A stretch of DNA of 64,000 nucleotides, taken from contig CAVOFT010000001.1 in NCBI GenBank assembly GCA_963695095.1, positions 2,400,001-2,464,000 of the forward strand, written 5' to 3'. Position numbers and translations under genes: made by a program. This DNA is from an uncultured bacterium (GTDB lineage: Bacteria; Krumholzibacteriota; Krumholzibacteriia; JACNKJ01). Shown here one piece after another: positions 38,801 to 48,944 of this stretch. The notes under the pieces were generated by a model. It was not told the origin of the DNA. It saw nothing but the letters and a program-made list of their open reading frames with translations, and ran no database searches. How positions within the stretch are numbered: the first letter of the stretch is position 1; each line of letters begins with the position of its first letter.

Positions 38801-39296
38801 TGGCCGCCTGCTCGTGCAGCAGGGCCAGGCGGCGGCGGGCCAGCTCGCGGCCGAAGTAGTCGTCCCAGGAGATGAGCTCGCGCTGGACGACGGCCGGCCA
38901 GGCCGCGGCCAGACCGTTGCCGTAGCGGTCCTCCGCGGCGGCCAGCGGCCGCATCTGGCCGAGGATCGCCGGCCGCCGCAGCCACAGCACGAGGCCCGTC
39001 TCGGGCAGCACGCGCAGCTCGTCCTGCCAGTAGCTCGCGCTACCCCGCAGGGCGACCGCCGGCGGCAGCCAGTGGCCGGCATGGAGGCCCGGCACCCAGC
39101 CCTCGCGCGCGTAGCGCTGGGCGGACAGATACTGGGCGTAGGGACTGTAGGCCGGCAGGGAGGGGGCAGGCAGCAGATCGGCCCGGGCGCACTCGGCGCC
39201 GCCAAGGAAGAGCCCGCTCGCGAGGAGCAGGCAGAGGGCGAGCAGGCGGCGCGTGAACCTGGTCAAGGGGCGAGCGGCTCTCTCGGTCGTCGTCAT
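32871..39296 (-). CDS. sprA: SprA/Sov-family outer-membrane protein (type IX secretion translocon-like), ~2140 aa
   Basis: Signal peptide; QELQVKLNGTVGEKVHV, IRYEGDEDEVVELIEMGDTQLSLP, KGLFGVKMQGHLG, WDYMLRNVYSLG, KGTDYSIDYFSG, LDTEDLNGDG, GETWVNDLR; amphipathic beta strands ending in F. Confidence 0.88.
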   Translation of the reverse strand: MTTTERAARPLTRFTRRLLALCLLLASGLFLGGAECARADLLPAPSLPAYSPYAQYLSAQRYAREGWVPGLHAGHWLPPAVALRGSASYWQDELRVLPETGLVLWLRRPAILGQMRPLAAAEDRYGNGLAAAWPAVVQRELISWDDYFGRELARRRLALLHEQAATTARELTQEEARGSLIDINIPLALPKSVERVVGRGDKSNITVTGRETISFSGETTRNSNFITDESGRGQPLFPRLEMKQELQVKLNGTVGEKVHVEVENNSLAVGEDANRIRIRYEGDEDEVVELIEMGDTQLSLPSSGLVSYSTQNKGLFGVKMQGHLGALDFTAIASKQEGELSSRSFNNTGQDIEADFKRDTDFIANRFFFLDDPRVLLDTAPGNDGAFYGWLVDEATLQVFVSTGTAPNANSPDAGRYYKGRAYVDTLGNGLADDKLSQAPTVQAFKLLKDSDFTWRLDANQNFYVLQLNYPIAETEVLAVSYTAREAANPSVPHAVGDNTLGKLTYWDSNADTLALELIKPDPYRPDSPTWDYMLRNVYSLGGRDIDFASLVVSVERISTTEDPGYPAGSNTPYLRFFGLDQHRGRLLTGYDPDGRIDWPRVDIGEGLLIFPYYRPFNPPDTLVHAWTLNTATGDYEDLIGADRNAVIYATARETVLKNPSLYAKYLIRYESATVASRFNLNAFNILEGSEVVTLDGTTLAKGTDYSIDYFSGEVELLGEAANRLTPSSNLQVSYQYRPLIGGGQSNLLGLHGTYHLGAKSSLASSWLYESKHSGTRRPRLGEESTRNVVGNLLGNFTANPQFLTTMANWLPLLDTDALSTASLSSELAVSFPNPNIDDQAFVDDMEGAEDADELSIHRTQWLPASEPLDVIRVLGGADIAAGPRGRARGTYWYHPQSTTRREDFNLHLAEQEAQEVVEVLQLSVPVSLGDAQLAAYGQLAATDAYNRAQGDSLWAGLMRGFSGQGLDLSEAEYLEIWVNDFQQEDVHRKGRLHFDLGLLNEDFWNPELGEFDTEDREGIGIFDVNQEDIGLDGRPSSAESVDPVYPSPYRTPNDPAGDDYEPALLTEAYAGSYFKVNGTEGNKRLDTEDLNGDGDLDETNSYFTLAVELADTAFIDMVDVYREETGAPPAGSKAWRLYRLNLADARVASDGLGEPDWTRIKYFRFWWEGLNAPGQNPSRPSNRLEIASIKLVGNRWKSHGIQSVATGMTLPPAMLSAGEDLRVEVINTKDNANFTWPFGEKIDPDTGLPEREQALNVVYENLQPGHQALIRKDYSSLNLTGYRTLSFYIHADAATAGHDLFLRAAQDSITYYEWRYRPATTGWTEVEFQLQDWTDLKLISDADTVSVTAVDLNVPDRSYTLTRVRNPDLSRIRAFYFGVANGEANAPLDGETWVNDLRVKEVKRATGYAAKVSGSVNVAGILNLGVNYQEQDAEFRALRSAAGQGAHTRNWTLTAGSALQHFVPLGGYKLPINASYGRTLSLPKYQLSSDVELDPARQEEEKSTSVRQSVSGSLSRTPSTHWFGRTLLDKLKLSGSVTQRRSNTPLRLELQEQLAYSASYDTQFKDRRLPLFGGSRLRWVPSSLRLKSDVTRSRAESWKASGTRFAANPTSRSGQLVNSAGLNWQFLESLKTDFSISDSRDLEHEEADALKLFGRAFNIGYQNSQGQGLRIDYTVPFIRRFRPALAFTSNYNQSAQASNLASVSLPAGSRNLSNGNALSTGYNFQVGRWFEALGGDGLKALRERQGTARTPTRPGGTAPGDRSAGPGGGLGEETDSPRHRAQRLLVPVDPLRGPDPRMRRRSSRRFIEDRLELGAPEATVAADSVSAGVDPMLIVYKSLGVLAGLKPLKVDVSRRVNTRYDNVRGAPTLLYRLGFSEDPELAGTAGGQAVPHKSPDLFDESRDLRLATGVTIAQNLQVTTGFEITRANRRMGGSNTVDTNRKWPSFNIDLGGVEKWPLWGNLFESSSLGFGYSRQRRITENRIQGSENRDESSNWTPRWSSTWSNKMQTTLTGSYSTAASIENTSRTKNSNLKLDATWNYNLSAPNGIGIPGLRRIRFSSRMDLNTKLGYTRIRNVRIDSGGFETPLGGSRTISFSPGASYQFSEKLRGSLAITYSRSSDDIRDNVTSRLRLDLRTTFVF

Positions 39297-39585
39297 CGAT
39301 GGCGAGTCCTCGGCTGGCCGGGTCGCCGCGCGGGCGCGACCCGCGGCCCGATCGCCGCGGACAGGGGCGCACTGTCCCCCTGCAGGGACAGCCCGGTCCA
39401 CGAAACTGGACAGGGGCCCTTCCACTCCGACTGCCCTCCCTGGCTTGCTCCTCCGCGAGGGCCGACGCCTTCAGTGGAGGGACTGGAACCGGCAGCGGGT
39501 GCGGTCCATTCTTCGCTTGTCGGGGAGCGCAGGGGTACTTACACTCGCCCTTCCGCTTAAGTCCTTGTCGCTAAAGAGGTACTCG

Positions 39586-41004
39586 GTGAGGCTGGCCGAC
39601 CGCTACATCCTCCGCAACCATCTGGGACCCTTTCTGCTCGGCCTATCGGTCCTGACCTTCGTCTTCGTGATCGATATCCTCTACTCCTTCCTCGAGCTCT
39701 TCCTGGTCAACAAGGTGCCAGCCGCGGTGGTGCTCGAACTGGTCCTGCTCAGCCTCGGTCATATCCTTGCATTGACCATTCCAATGGCCGTCCTGGTCTC
39801 GACCATGATGGCCTTCGCGCAGATGGTGGGCGAGAACGAGATCACGGCCCTGCGCTCGGGCGGCATCTCGCTGTACCGGCTCATCGCCGCCCCCCTGATC
39901 GCGGCGCTGGCGCTGACCGCCGGCATGTTCCTGTTCAACAATTTCGTCCTGCCGGAGACGAACCACCGCCTCAAGAACCTCCTCATGGCCGTCCGCGCGA
40001 AGAAGCCGGCGCTGGACATCAAGCCCGGCCGTTTCATCGAGTCGATCCCCGGCTACACGCTCTACGTCAGCCGCAAGGACGAGGCGAGCGGAGAGCTCGG
40101 CGACCTGCTCATCTTCCAGGAGGAGCGCGGCGCCAGCCCTGTCGTCATCAGCGCGGAGCGGGCCCAGTTCGCCCGCGACGACCGGCAGGATCTGCTCAAG
40201 CTCTCGCTCGCCGAGGGCGAGCAATTCGAGGCCGAGCTGGCCAGCCCCGAGCGCCTGCAGATCACGGTCTTCGAGCGCATGGACATCCTGCTCAGGGACA
40301 TCGATCGCGACCTGCAGCGCCGCGATCTCGAGCACCGCGGTGACCGCGAGATGTCCGTGGCGATGATGGCCGAGCGGGTGGCGAGCAACCAGGAGGAAAT
40401 CGCGCGGCTCGACGCGCGCCTGGCCGGCGAGGCCGACAAGCAGATCGGGCGCCTGCTCACTCTGCTCGATCCCGCCGAGCGCGCCCAGTACCTGGAGCGC
40501 AAGGGGTTGCCGGCCGCGGGCTCCGGGCCCAGCGGCCTTGCCGCCCGCCGCAGCGCCGCGCGCCTGCCGGACGAGGAGAATACCCTGCGCTCCCTGGGCA
40601 ACCTGCAGCTCAGCCGCAGCGCCGTCGAGCGCAAGATCCGGCGCTACGAGGTGGAGATCCACAAGAAGTTCGCCATCCCCTTCGCCTGCCTCGTCTTCAT
40701 CCTGCTCGGCGCGCCCATCGCCATCAAGACCGGGCGCAGCGGCACGGGCTGGGGCATCACCTTCTCGATCGCGCTGTTCACGATCTACTACGTCTTCCTG
40801 GTCGGCGGCGAGGAACTAGCCGACCGGGAGCTGCTCGCGCCCTGGATCGCGATGTGGCTGGCCAATCTGCTGTTGCTCGGCCTGGGCGCCGCGCTGCTCG
40901 TGCAGACCAATCGCGAGTCGCACCCCTACTCGCTGCTGACGCGCCTGGATCTCTGGCGCGACCGGCGGCGCCAGGCCCAGGCGGCAAGGCGGCGCCGGGT
41001 ATGA
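39586..41004 (+). CDS. lptF: LPS export ABC transporter permease LptF
   Basis: DRYILRNHLGPF, LTIPMAVLVST, ENEITALRSGGISLYRL, EIHKKFAIPFACLVFILLGAP, WLANLLL. Confidence 0.9.
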   Translation: MRLADRYILRNHLGPFLLGLSVLTFVFVIDILYSFLELFLVNKVPAAVVLELVLLSLGHILALTIPMAVLVSTMMAFAQMVGENEITALRSGGISLYRLIAAPLIAALALTAGMFLFNNFVLPETNHRLKNLLMAVRAKKPALDIKPGRFIESIPGYTLYVSRKDEASGELGDLLIFQEERGASPVVISAERAQFARDDRQDLLKLSLAEGEQFEAELASPERLQITVFERMDILLRDIDRDLQRRDLEHRGDREMSVAMMAERVASNQEEIARLDARLAGEADKQIGRLLTLLDPAERAQYLERKGLPAAGSGPSGLAARRSAARLPDEENTLRSLGNLQLSRSAVERKIRRYEVEIHKKFAIPFACLVFILLGAPIAIKTGRSGTGWGITFSIALFTIYYVFLVGGEELADRELLAPWIAMWLANLLLLGLGAALLVQTNRESHPYSLLTRLDLWRDRRRQAQAARRRRV

Positions 41005-42095
41005 TCCGCCTGGACCGCTACGTGCTCCGCCAGTTCCTCAAGGCCCTCGCCCTCGGGCTCCTCGCCTTCCTGGTCATCTTCATCGTCATCGATTTCTTCG
41101 AGAAGCTGGGCGACTACATCGACCGCGATACGCCCTGGCTGGTGGTGGCCAAGCTCTACCTGTTCAAGATCCCCTACATCACCGTGCTGATCCTGCCCAT
41201 CGCCATGCTCCTGGCCAGCCTCTTCAGCCTCGGCCGCCTGTCGCGCGACAACGAGCTGACGGCCATGCTCGCCGCCGGGATCCCCCTGCCCCGCCTGCTG
41301 GCGCCGCTCTTCGTGCTGGCGGCCCTGGTCAGCCTGGGCAGCTACTACTTCAACGATCGCGTGGTGACGCGCGCCAATCTCGCCCTCGAGGATCTGCAGC
41401 GCTACGAGGTGCGGCGCGAGCCGCGGGCGGATCGCGGCGTGCAGCGCTTCGTCCACCGCATCGGCGAAGACGGCAGCGTCTACTGGGCCGAAAGCTACTT
41501 CGTCGCCCAGCAGCGCTTCGAGCGGCTGGTCATCCTGCGCTACGAGGGCAGCCGGCTGCGCGAGTACAGCTCCGCCCGCCACGCCGTCTGGAGCGGCGAC
41601 CACTGGCGCCTGCTCGAGGGCACGCGCCACATCTTCCCCGGCGGCAGCGGCCAGGAGCGGCCCGAGGCGGGCACCTTCAGCTTCGAGAGCTACGACCTGC
41701 CGCCCCTGGCCGAGACGCCGGAGGTCTTCAGCCAGCAGGAGAAGAAGCCCGAGGCGATGGACTACCGGGAGCTGCAGGACTACATCACGGCCCAGGGCCG
41801 CTCCGGCGAGGATGCCGACCGCCTCTGGGTGGACCTGCACGTCAAGGCGAGCTTCCCCTGGGCCAACCTGGTGATCGTGCTGCTGGGCAGCGCGCTCAGC
41901 GCCTCCAAGCGGCGCATCTCGATGGCTGCCGGCTTCGGCCTGACGGTGGCCATCGCCTTCGTCTACCTGATCTTCCTGCGTCTGGGCCTGTCCTTCGGCC
42001 ACAACCAGACCCTGCCACCCTTGCTGGCCGCCTGGGTGGGCAATCTGCTCTTCCTCGTCGTGGGGCTCGGGCTGCTGGCCCGGGCGAGCCGCTAG
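41001..42095 (+). CDS. lptG: LPS export ABC transporter permease LptG
   Basis: LDRYVLRQFL, LPIAMLLASLFSLGRLSRDNELTAMLAAGI, PEAMDYREL, LPPLLAAWVGN; ATGA overlap with lptF. Confidence 0.9.
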   Translation: MIRLDRYVLRQFLKALALGLLAFLVIFIVIDFFEKLGDYIDRDTPWLVVAKLYLFKIPYITVLILPIAMLLASLFSLGRLSRDNELTAMLAAGIPLPRLLAPLFVLAALVSLGSYYFNDRVVTRANLALEDLQRYEVRREPRADRGVQRFVHRIGEDGSVYWAESYFVAQQRFERLVILRYEGSRLREYSSARHAVWSGDHWRLLEGTRHIFPGGSGQERPEAGTFSFESYDLPPLAETPEVFSQQEKKPEAMDYRELQDYITAQGRSGEDADRLWVDLHVKASFPWANLVIVLLGSALSASKRRISMAAGFGLTVAIAFVYLIFLRLGLSFGHNQTLPPLLAAWVGNLLFLVVGLGLLARASR

Positions 42096-42118
42096 GCCTC
42101 AGCCGCGGGCCGGCGCGC

Positions 42119-42511
42119 TCATGCGGCCAGCCCCGGCAGTCGGCCGAGCCACCAGCCCAGCCAGACCGCGCCCAGCCCCAGCAGGAACTGGGCGCCGACG
42201 TTGGCTCCCACCAGCAGCCACTGGCCGGCCCGCGCGAGCTGCAGGGTCTCGAAGCTGAAGGCGGAGAAGGTCGTGAAGCCGCCCAGCAGGCCGACGAAGA
42301 GCGCGAGCCGGGCGCTCGGTCCGAGGAGGCCGCGGCTCTCGGCCAGAGCGCCGAGCAAGCCGATGAGCAGGGAGCCCAGCGCGTTCACGACCAGGGTGCC
42401 CGCGGGGAAAGCAGCGCCGAAGGGCGTCAGGCGCTGGGCGAGGCCGCCGGCGCCATAGCGCAGCACCGAGCCCAGGAAGCCCCCCAGCCCCACGAGCAGC
42501 CAGCCGGGCAT
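42119..42511 (-). CDS. crcB: Fluoride efflux channel Fluc/CrcB
   Basis: GGFLGSVLRY, GTLVVNALGS, GLLGGFTTFSAF. Confidence 0.95.
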   Translation of the reverse strand: MPGWLLVGLGGFLGSVLRYGAGGLAQRLTPFGAAFPAGTLVVNALGSLLIGLLGALAESRGLLGPSARLALFVGLLGGFTTFSAFSFETLQLARAGQWLLVGANVGAQFLLGLGAVWLGWWLGRLPGLAA

Positions 42512-42514
42512 GGC

Positions 42515-43783
42515 CTAGGTGCCCGCGGAGTAGTCGTCGGCGTAAGCGATCTGCTCGGGGGTCAGGCGATCGAGCCCCAGGCCCAGGGTCCCCAGCTTCA
42601 GCGCGGCGATCTCCTCGTCCTGGGCGGCCGGGATGTCGTGCACCAGGGCCGGCAGCTGCTTGCCCTCGCGGGCCATCCACAGCAGGCTCATGAACTGGTT
42701 GGCGAAGGACATGTCCATCACCTCGGAGGGGTGCCCCTCGGCGGCTGCCAGGTTGACCAGACGCCCCTTGGCGAGCACGAACAGGCGCCGACCACCGGCG
42801 AGCGTGTAGCGCTCGTTGCTCGGGCGGATCTCGACCGGCGGCGCGGCGGCCAGGCGGGCCAGTTCGACCAGGTTCAGCTCGCAGTCGTAGTGGCCCGTGT
42901 TGCAGACCACGGCGCCGTCCTTCATGGCGGCGAAGTGCCGCTCAACGATGACGTCCTTCATGCCCGTGGCCGTGATGAAGATGTCGCCCTGCGGCGCCGC
43001 CTCGTCCATCGTCATCACGCGAAAGCCCTCGAGGTTGGCCTTCAGGGCCGCCGTGGCCTTCACCTCGGTGACGATCACCTGGGCCCCCATGCCGCGAGCC
43101 CGCATCGCCACGCCGCGCCCGCAGTGCCCGTAGCCGGCCACGACGAACTGCTTGCCGGCGAGCAGGATGCTCGTCGCGCGCAGGATGCCGTCGATCGAGG
43201 ACTGGCCGGTGCCGTAGACGTTGTCGAAGTCCCACTTCGTCTCGGCGTCGTTGACGGCCACCACCGGGTAGCGCAGCTTGCCGTCGGCGGCCATCGCGCG
43301 CAGGCGGTGAACGCCGGTGGTCGTCTCCTCCGTGCCGCCCTGGATCTTGGCGCAGCGCTCGGGGTGCCGGGCGTGCACGCTGAAGATGAGATCGGCGCCG
43401 TCGTCCAGGGTCAGGGTCGGCCCGGCCTCCAGGCACTGATCGATGGCCCAGTAGAACTCGGCCGTGTTCATGCCGTGCCAGGCGTAGATCGGCGTGTCCG
43501 CGGCGGCGAGAGCGGCCGCCACCTCGTCATTCGTGGACAGCGGATTGCAGCCCGACCAGACCACCTCGGCGCCGGCGGCGCGCAGGGTCTCCACGAGCAC
43601 GGCCGTCTCCTTGGTGACGTGCAGGCAGCCGGCAATCAGGTGGCCGCGGAAGGGCTTGCTCGCCCGGAAGCGCTCGCGCAGGGCCATCAGCACCGGCATG
43701 CGGCTCTCCGCCCAGTCGATGCGGCTGCGGCCGGCCGCGGCCAGAGCGAGGTTCGCCACCTTGTAGCGCGTCGTCGTGTTCAT
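42515..43783 (-). CDS. ahcY: Adenosylhomocysteinase (short type)
   Basis: CLHVTKET, CNPLST, LDDGADL, EETTTGV, FDNVYGTGQS, GYGHCGRG, GRLVNLAAAEGHPSEVMDMSFANQ. Confidence 0.96.
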   Translation of the reverse strand: MNTTTRYKVANLALAAAGRSRIDWAESRMPVLMALRERFRASKPFRGHLIAGCLHVTKETAVLVETLRAAGAEVVWSGCNPLSTNDEVAAALAAADTPIYAWHGMNTAEFYWAIDQCLEAGPTLTLDDGADLIFSVHARHPERCAKIQGGTEETTTGVHRLRAMAADGKLRYPVVAVNDAETKWDFDNVYGTGQSSIDGILRATSILLAGKQFVVAGYGHCGRGVAMRARGMGAQVIVTEVKATAALKANLEGFRVMTMDEAAPQGDIFITATGMKDVIVERHFAAMKDGAVVCNTGHYDCELNLVELARLAAAPPVEIRPSNERYTLAGGRRLFVLAKGRLVNLAAAEGHPSEVMDMSFANQFMSLLWMAREGKQLPALVHDIPAAQDEEIAALKLGTLGLGLDRLTPEQIAYADDYSAGT

Positions 43784-43880
43784 GGGGTCTCCTTGGTGAC
43801 CAGCGCGCCTGCCGGCGCGGGGGATGGCCCGCGCGGCTTGCCACGCGGAGGATGGCGCAAGTCCGGGGCGCCGGGCGGCC

Positions 43881-45050
<1,170 letters not shown>

Positions 45051-45058
45051 GGTCCTCC

Positions 45059-46084
45059 TCAACGTGGGGAATCGGGGGTGGCACGCTCGCCGCGGACGAC
45101 GCTGTGGTCGCCGAGGTTCAGGCTGCCCCGCAGCCCGTCAACCAGGCAGTGGGCACCGATCAGCGAGTCATGAAGCAGGCAGTTTCTCACACGCGCTCCC
45201 TCGCCGACAACGGAATTCTCCAGGCGGCTGGCGACCACGTGGCAGCCCTCGCCGAGGCTGACATCGGGGCCGATCGTGCAATCGGCGAGTTCCGCCGAGG
45301 GGGGCACGAAGACGGGCGCGCGATAGGTGACACCTGGCCGCGCCGCGGGTAGGGGCTGCCCCTCCAGCAGGGCGCGATTCGTCTCGAGCCAGGACTCCTC
45401 CTTGCCCACGTCGTACCAGTCGGCGATGGGAAAAGGAGTGAGCGGCTCGCCCTGGTCGATCATGAGCTGGAGCGCATCGGTGAGCTGGTACTCGCCGCGG
45501 GTGCGTCGCTCGCCGGCGATGATGGCCGCGAGGGCGGCGCGCAGCACGCCGAGGTCCTGGAAGGTGTAGATGCCGACGAGGGCGAGATCGCTGCGCGGCT
45601 GCTCCGGCTTCTCCTGGAGGTCGACGATGCGGCCGCCCTCCACCACGGCCACGCCGAAGCGCCGGGGATCGTCGACCGCCTTGACGCCCATCGCATGGCC
45701 GGGGGCGGCGAGCAGCCCGGCGAAGTCGGCCCGCACGATGGTGTCGCCCAGCACGATCAGCCCGCGCCCGCTGCTGAGACCGGCGCCCCCCTCCGCGGAG
45801 AGCAGGGCCTGGTGCACGGCATGGCCCAGGCCCAGGCGCTGGGCCTGCACGACCGTGTCCACGGCGAGCCCGGGGTAGCTGGCCGCCACCCACTCCGCGA
45901 TCATGTCGCCGCGGTAGCCGAGGACGAGCACCACTCGGTCCACGCCCACGGCCAGGAGCTGATCGAGGATGTGGCCGAGCACGAGCTTGCCGGCGACGGG
46001 CAGCAGGGCCTTGGGCCGGCTGTGCGTGTGCGGGCGCAGGCGGGTGCCCACGCCCGCGGCGGGAATGATGGCGGTCAGGCTCAT
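45059..46084 (-). CDS. Sugar-1-phosphate nucleotidyltransferase (long glucose-1-phosphate thymidylyltransferase-like) with C-terminal left-handed beta helix
   Basis: [59 protein letters not shown], hexapeptide repeats. Confidence 0.9.
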   Translation of the reverse strand: MSLTAIIPAAGVGTRLRPHTHSRPKALLPVAGKLVLGHILDQLLAVGVDRVVLVLGYRGDMIAEWVAASYPGLAVDTVVQAQRLGLGHAVHQALLSAEGGAGLSSGRGLIVLGDTIVRADFAGLLAAPGHAMGVKAVDDPRRFGVAVVEGGRIVDLQEKPEQPRSDLALVGIYTFQDLGVLRAALAAIIAGERRTRGEYQLTDALQLMIDQGEPLTPFPIADWYDVGKEESWLETNRALLEGQPLPAARPGVTYRAPVFVPPSAELADCTIGPDVSLGEGCHVVASRLENSVVGEGARVRNCLLHDSLIGAHCLVDGLRGSLNLGDHSVVRGERATPDSPR

Positions 46085-47172
46085 GCCGGCTCCTCGGCGA
46101 CGGCGAGTCGTTGCTTCATGGCCGTCAGCGCGGGCGTGGCCGTCGGATCGACGCCTCGCATCAGGGCATGGTAGGCGGTCAGGGTGTCTCCCAGCAGCAG
46201 GCTTGTCAACAGGCGCGGCAGCAGGCCCTCGCCGCGGGCGGGGATCTCCAGGCCGGCCTGGCCGCGCGCGGCCAGCAGCTCCTCGCTCAAGCGCCGACGC
46301 AGCAACACGCGGGGATGGGCGGCCACGGCGCCCAGCCAGACGGGCAGCCCGGGCAGATCGCCGGCCGACCAGGCAACCCAGCTGTTGTGATGCAACTCGG
46401 GCAGGCTGCGCTGCTCGGCGGCGCGCTTGGCGTTTTCCTCGAACTGGCAGCGCAGGCGCAGCGCCACCGCCTCCCAGGCCGGCGCCAGCGCACAGAAGAT
46501 GGGCCGCGCCTCGCCCAGCGCCAGGGCCAGTGCCTTGGCCGGATTGCCCGGCAGCGGCTGCGCGGGGGCGCAGGCGGCGGCCACGGCCTCGAGACCGGCC
46601 GCCAGCTCGGCCGGCGATTCGGCCGCGGGATCGTGCAGGCCGTAGCCGGCTCCGATCGCGAGCAGGCGGCCGAGCATGGCCGGCAGCGCGCAGCGCGGGC
46701 TGTAGCCGGCGGGCAGGCTGAAGCGGACGCAGTCGGCGCCCTCGGCGAGCAGGCGGCCGCCGGTCGTCACCAGCAGCGGCGCCAGCCCGGCTCGCCGCGC
46801 CGCCGCGAGCAGGGCGAGCACTTCTTCGGTATCGCCGGAGTAGCTGCACAGGACGAGCGCATCGCGGGGTCTCAGTGCCGGCAGCCGGTAGTCGCGCACC
46901 GTCAGCAGCTGGGTCTCGGCAATGCTGCCGCCGGCGGCGTAGAAGGCGGCCAGGAGGTCCCCGCCGATGGCGCTGCCCCCCATGCCGCCGATCAGCAGGC
47001 GGCCCGGCGGCCGGCGGATCGCGGCGCCGGGCTCCCAGCCCGCGGGCAGTTGCTCCCCGCGCGCCGCGGCGAGCAAGGCCGGAAAGGCCGCCAGCTTGCC
47101 CAGCATCTCGCCGGGGTCCAGGGCGGCCAGGGCGGCCGGATCGGCCAGGCGCGCGCGCCAGTCGCCGCTCAC
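46081..47172 (-). CDS. Bifunctional phosphoglucose/phosphomannose isomerase (SIS domain)
   Basis: GMGGSAIGG, SYSGDTEE, TTGGRL, PRCAL, QFEENAK, PELHHN, RGVDP. Confidence 0.85.
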   Translation of the reverse strand: MSGDWRARLADPAALAALDPGEMLGKLAAFPALLAAARGEQLPAGWEPGAAIRRPPGRLLIGGMGGSAIGGDLLAAFYAAGGSIAETQLLTVRDYRLPALRPRDALVLCSYSGDTEEVLALLAAARRAGLAPLLVTTGGRLLAEGADCVRFSLPAGYSPRCALPAMLGRLLAIGAGYGLHDPAAESPAELAAGLEAVAAACAPAQPLPGNPAKALALALGEARPIFCALAPAWEAVALRLRCQFEENAKRAAEQRSLPELHHNSWVAWSAGDLPGLPVWLGAVAAHPRVLLRRRLSEELLAARGQAGLEIPARGEGLLPRLLTSLLLGDTLTAYHALMRGVDPTATPALTAMKQRLAVAEEPA

Positions 47173-48944
47173 GAGGGCTTCTCGGCGCGCTGCAGGGAGG
47201 CCGCCAGCTCGGGGAACTTGCGGGCGGCGAGGCGGGAGACGTTGCGCTTGATCTCCTCGGCGGTCGCGTAGCTCCAGGCGCTCTTGACCAGGCTGCGCGC
47301 CTGATCGTAGGTGATGCTGCGAATGATGCGCTTGATCTCGGGCAAGCGGTAGGGATTGACGCTGATCTCGTCCAGCCCCAGCCCGATGAGCAGGATCGTG
47401 AACAGGGGCTCGTCCGGCAGCTCGCCGCAGATGCCCACCCAGCAGCCCCCCTCCTTGCCGGCCGCCACCGTGCGCTTGATCTGGCGCAGGATGGCCGGAT
47501 GGAAGGGCTCGTAGAGACGCCGCACGAAGTCGTTGTCGCGATCGATGGCCAGCGAGAACTGGATGAGATCGTTGGTGCCGATGCTGAAGAAGTCCACCTC
47601 GCGCGCGAGCAGATGCGCGATGACGACCGCGCTCGGGGTCTCGATCATCACGCCGAGCTGGTACTCGGTCTGGAAGGGCAAGCCCTCCGCGCTGAGCTCG
47701 GCCGCGACCTCGCCGAGGTGCCGCTTGACCTCGCGGATCTCCTCGACGCAGGAGACCATCGGCACCATCAAGCGCAGGTTGCCGGCGACGCCCGCGCGCA
47801 GGATGGCCCGGAGCTGCGTGCGGAAGATGCGCGGCTGATCGAGCGCGTAGCGGATGCCCCGCCAGCCCAGCGAGGGGTTGTCCTCGGCGGGAAAGCGCAT
47901 GGCCGGGGAGACCTTGTCGCCACCCAGGTCCATGCTGCGGATGATCACCGGATCAGGGGCGAGGGCCGCCAGCACCTCGCGATAGACCGCCAGTTGCGCT
48001 TCCTCGTCCGGGAACTCGGGCGAAGCGAGAAAGAGGTACTCGGTTCGAAAGAGCCCCACGCCGGCGGCGCCGTGCTCGACGGCGGCGGCCGCCTCGGCGG
48101 GCAGCTCGATGTTGGCGAGCAGTTCGATCTGGCGGCCGTCGCGGGTCTCAGCTGCGTAGTCCTTGTAGCGCAGGCTCTGGCGCTCCAGCTCGGCGTAGGC
48201 CGCGCGCAAGCGGGCGAACTGCGCCTCCACGCGCGCGTCCGGATGCAGCACGATCTGGCCCGTATGGCCGTCCAGGATGATCTGATCGCCGCTCTTGGCG
48301 GCCGTGGTCAGGTCCTCCACGCCCACCACGACGGGGATGCCCAGGCTGCGGCCGAGGATCACCGAGTGGCTGGTCTCGCCGCCGCGCTCGGTGACGAATC
48401 CGAGCACGAACTCGCGACTCATCGTGGCGGCATCCGAGGGACTGATGTCCCGCGCCACCACGATGACCGGCTCGCTCAGGTCGCCGAAGCCCTTGGCGCC
48501 CTCGCCCAGCAGCTCGGCCAGCACGCGGCGCTCGACGTCGCGCAGGTCGCTGCTGCGGTCGGACAGACCGCCGTCCAGGCTCTGGAAGGTGCGCACGACG
48601 CTCTGGCAGGCTTCGGCGTAGGCCGTCTCGGCGCACCAGCCCTCGCCGATCAGATGCCGCGTCTGCCCGAGCAGGAACTGATCGAGCAGGATGAAGCGGT
48701 GGGCATCGAAGATGCGGGCGTGATCCTCGCCCAGCTCCTCGGCGACGCGCGCCCGCGCCGTGAGGATCTCGCCTTCGGTGGCTTTCAGCGCCGCGTCGAA
48801 GCGCGCGAACTCATTCGGGATGGCGGCGGGCTCGACCTGGCGCGGCACACCGGTGGGGAGATCTTGGTCGTAGACGAAGACCGGGCCCGTCGCCACCCCG
48901 GGCGCGCCGGGACGGCCCTGGAATCGACGGGGCTCAGGGGGCAT
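47169..48944 (-). CDS. ptsI: PTS enzyme I (PEP-protein phosphotransferase)
   Basis: GGETSHS (phospho-His), GVGLFRTEYLF, DLGGDK, EDNPSLGWRGIR, GVMIETP, DFFSIGTNDLIQF, GICGE. Confidence 0.96.
   Translation of the reverse strand: MPPEPRRFQGRPGAPGVATGPVFVYDQDLPTGVPRQVEPAAIPNEFARFDAALKATEGEILTARARVAEELGEDHARIFDAHRFILLDQFLLGQTRHLIGEGWCAETAYAEACQSVVRTFQSLDGGLSDRSSDLRDVERRVLAELLGEGAKGFGDLSEPVIVVARDISPSDAATMSREFVLGFVTERGGETSHSVILGRSLGIPVVVGVEDLTTAAKSGDQIILDGHTGQIVLHPDARVEAQFARLRAAYAELERQSLRYKDYAAETRDGRQIELLANIELPAEAAAAVEHGAAGVGLFRTEYLFLASPEFPDEEAQLAVYREVLAALAPDPVIIRSMDLGGDKVSPAMRFPAEDNPSLGWRGIRYALDQPRIFRTQLRAILRAGVAGNLRLMVPMVSCVEEIREVKRHLGEVAAELSAEGLPFQTEYQLGVMIETPSAVVIAHLLAREVDFFSIGTNDLIQFSLAIDRDNDFVRRLYEPFHPAILRQIKRTVAAGKEGGCWVGICGELPDEPLFTILLIGLGLDEISVNPYRLPEIKRIIRSITYDQARSLVKSAWSYATAEEIKRNVSRLAARKFPELAASLQRAEKPS

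Noticed and set aside
33618..39560. 1980-aa plus-strand ORF (and similar long antisense ORFs such as 148-2019, 9606-12518, 27023-30640)
   Set aside because: Codon-register shadows of real minus-strand genes in high-GC DNA, with no recognisable motifs
43784..43880. SAH or SAM riboswitch between metK and ahcY
   Set aside because: No conserved core motifs recognisable; only generic GC-rich pairing
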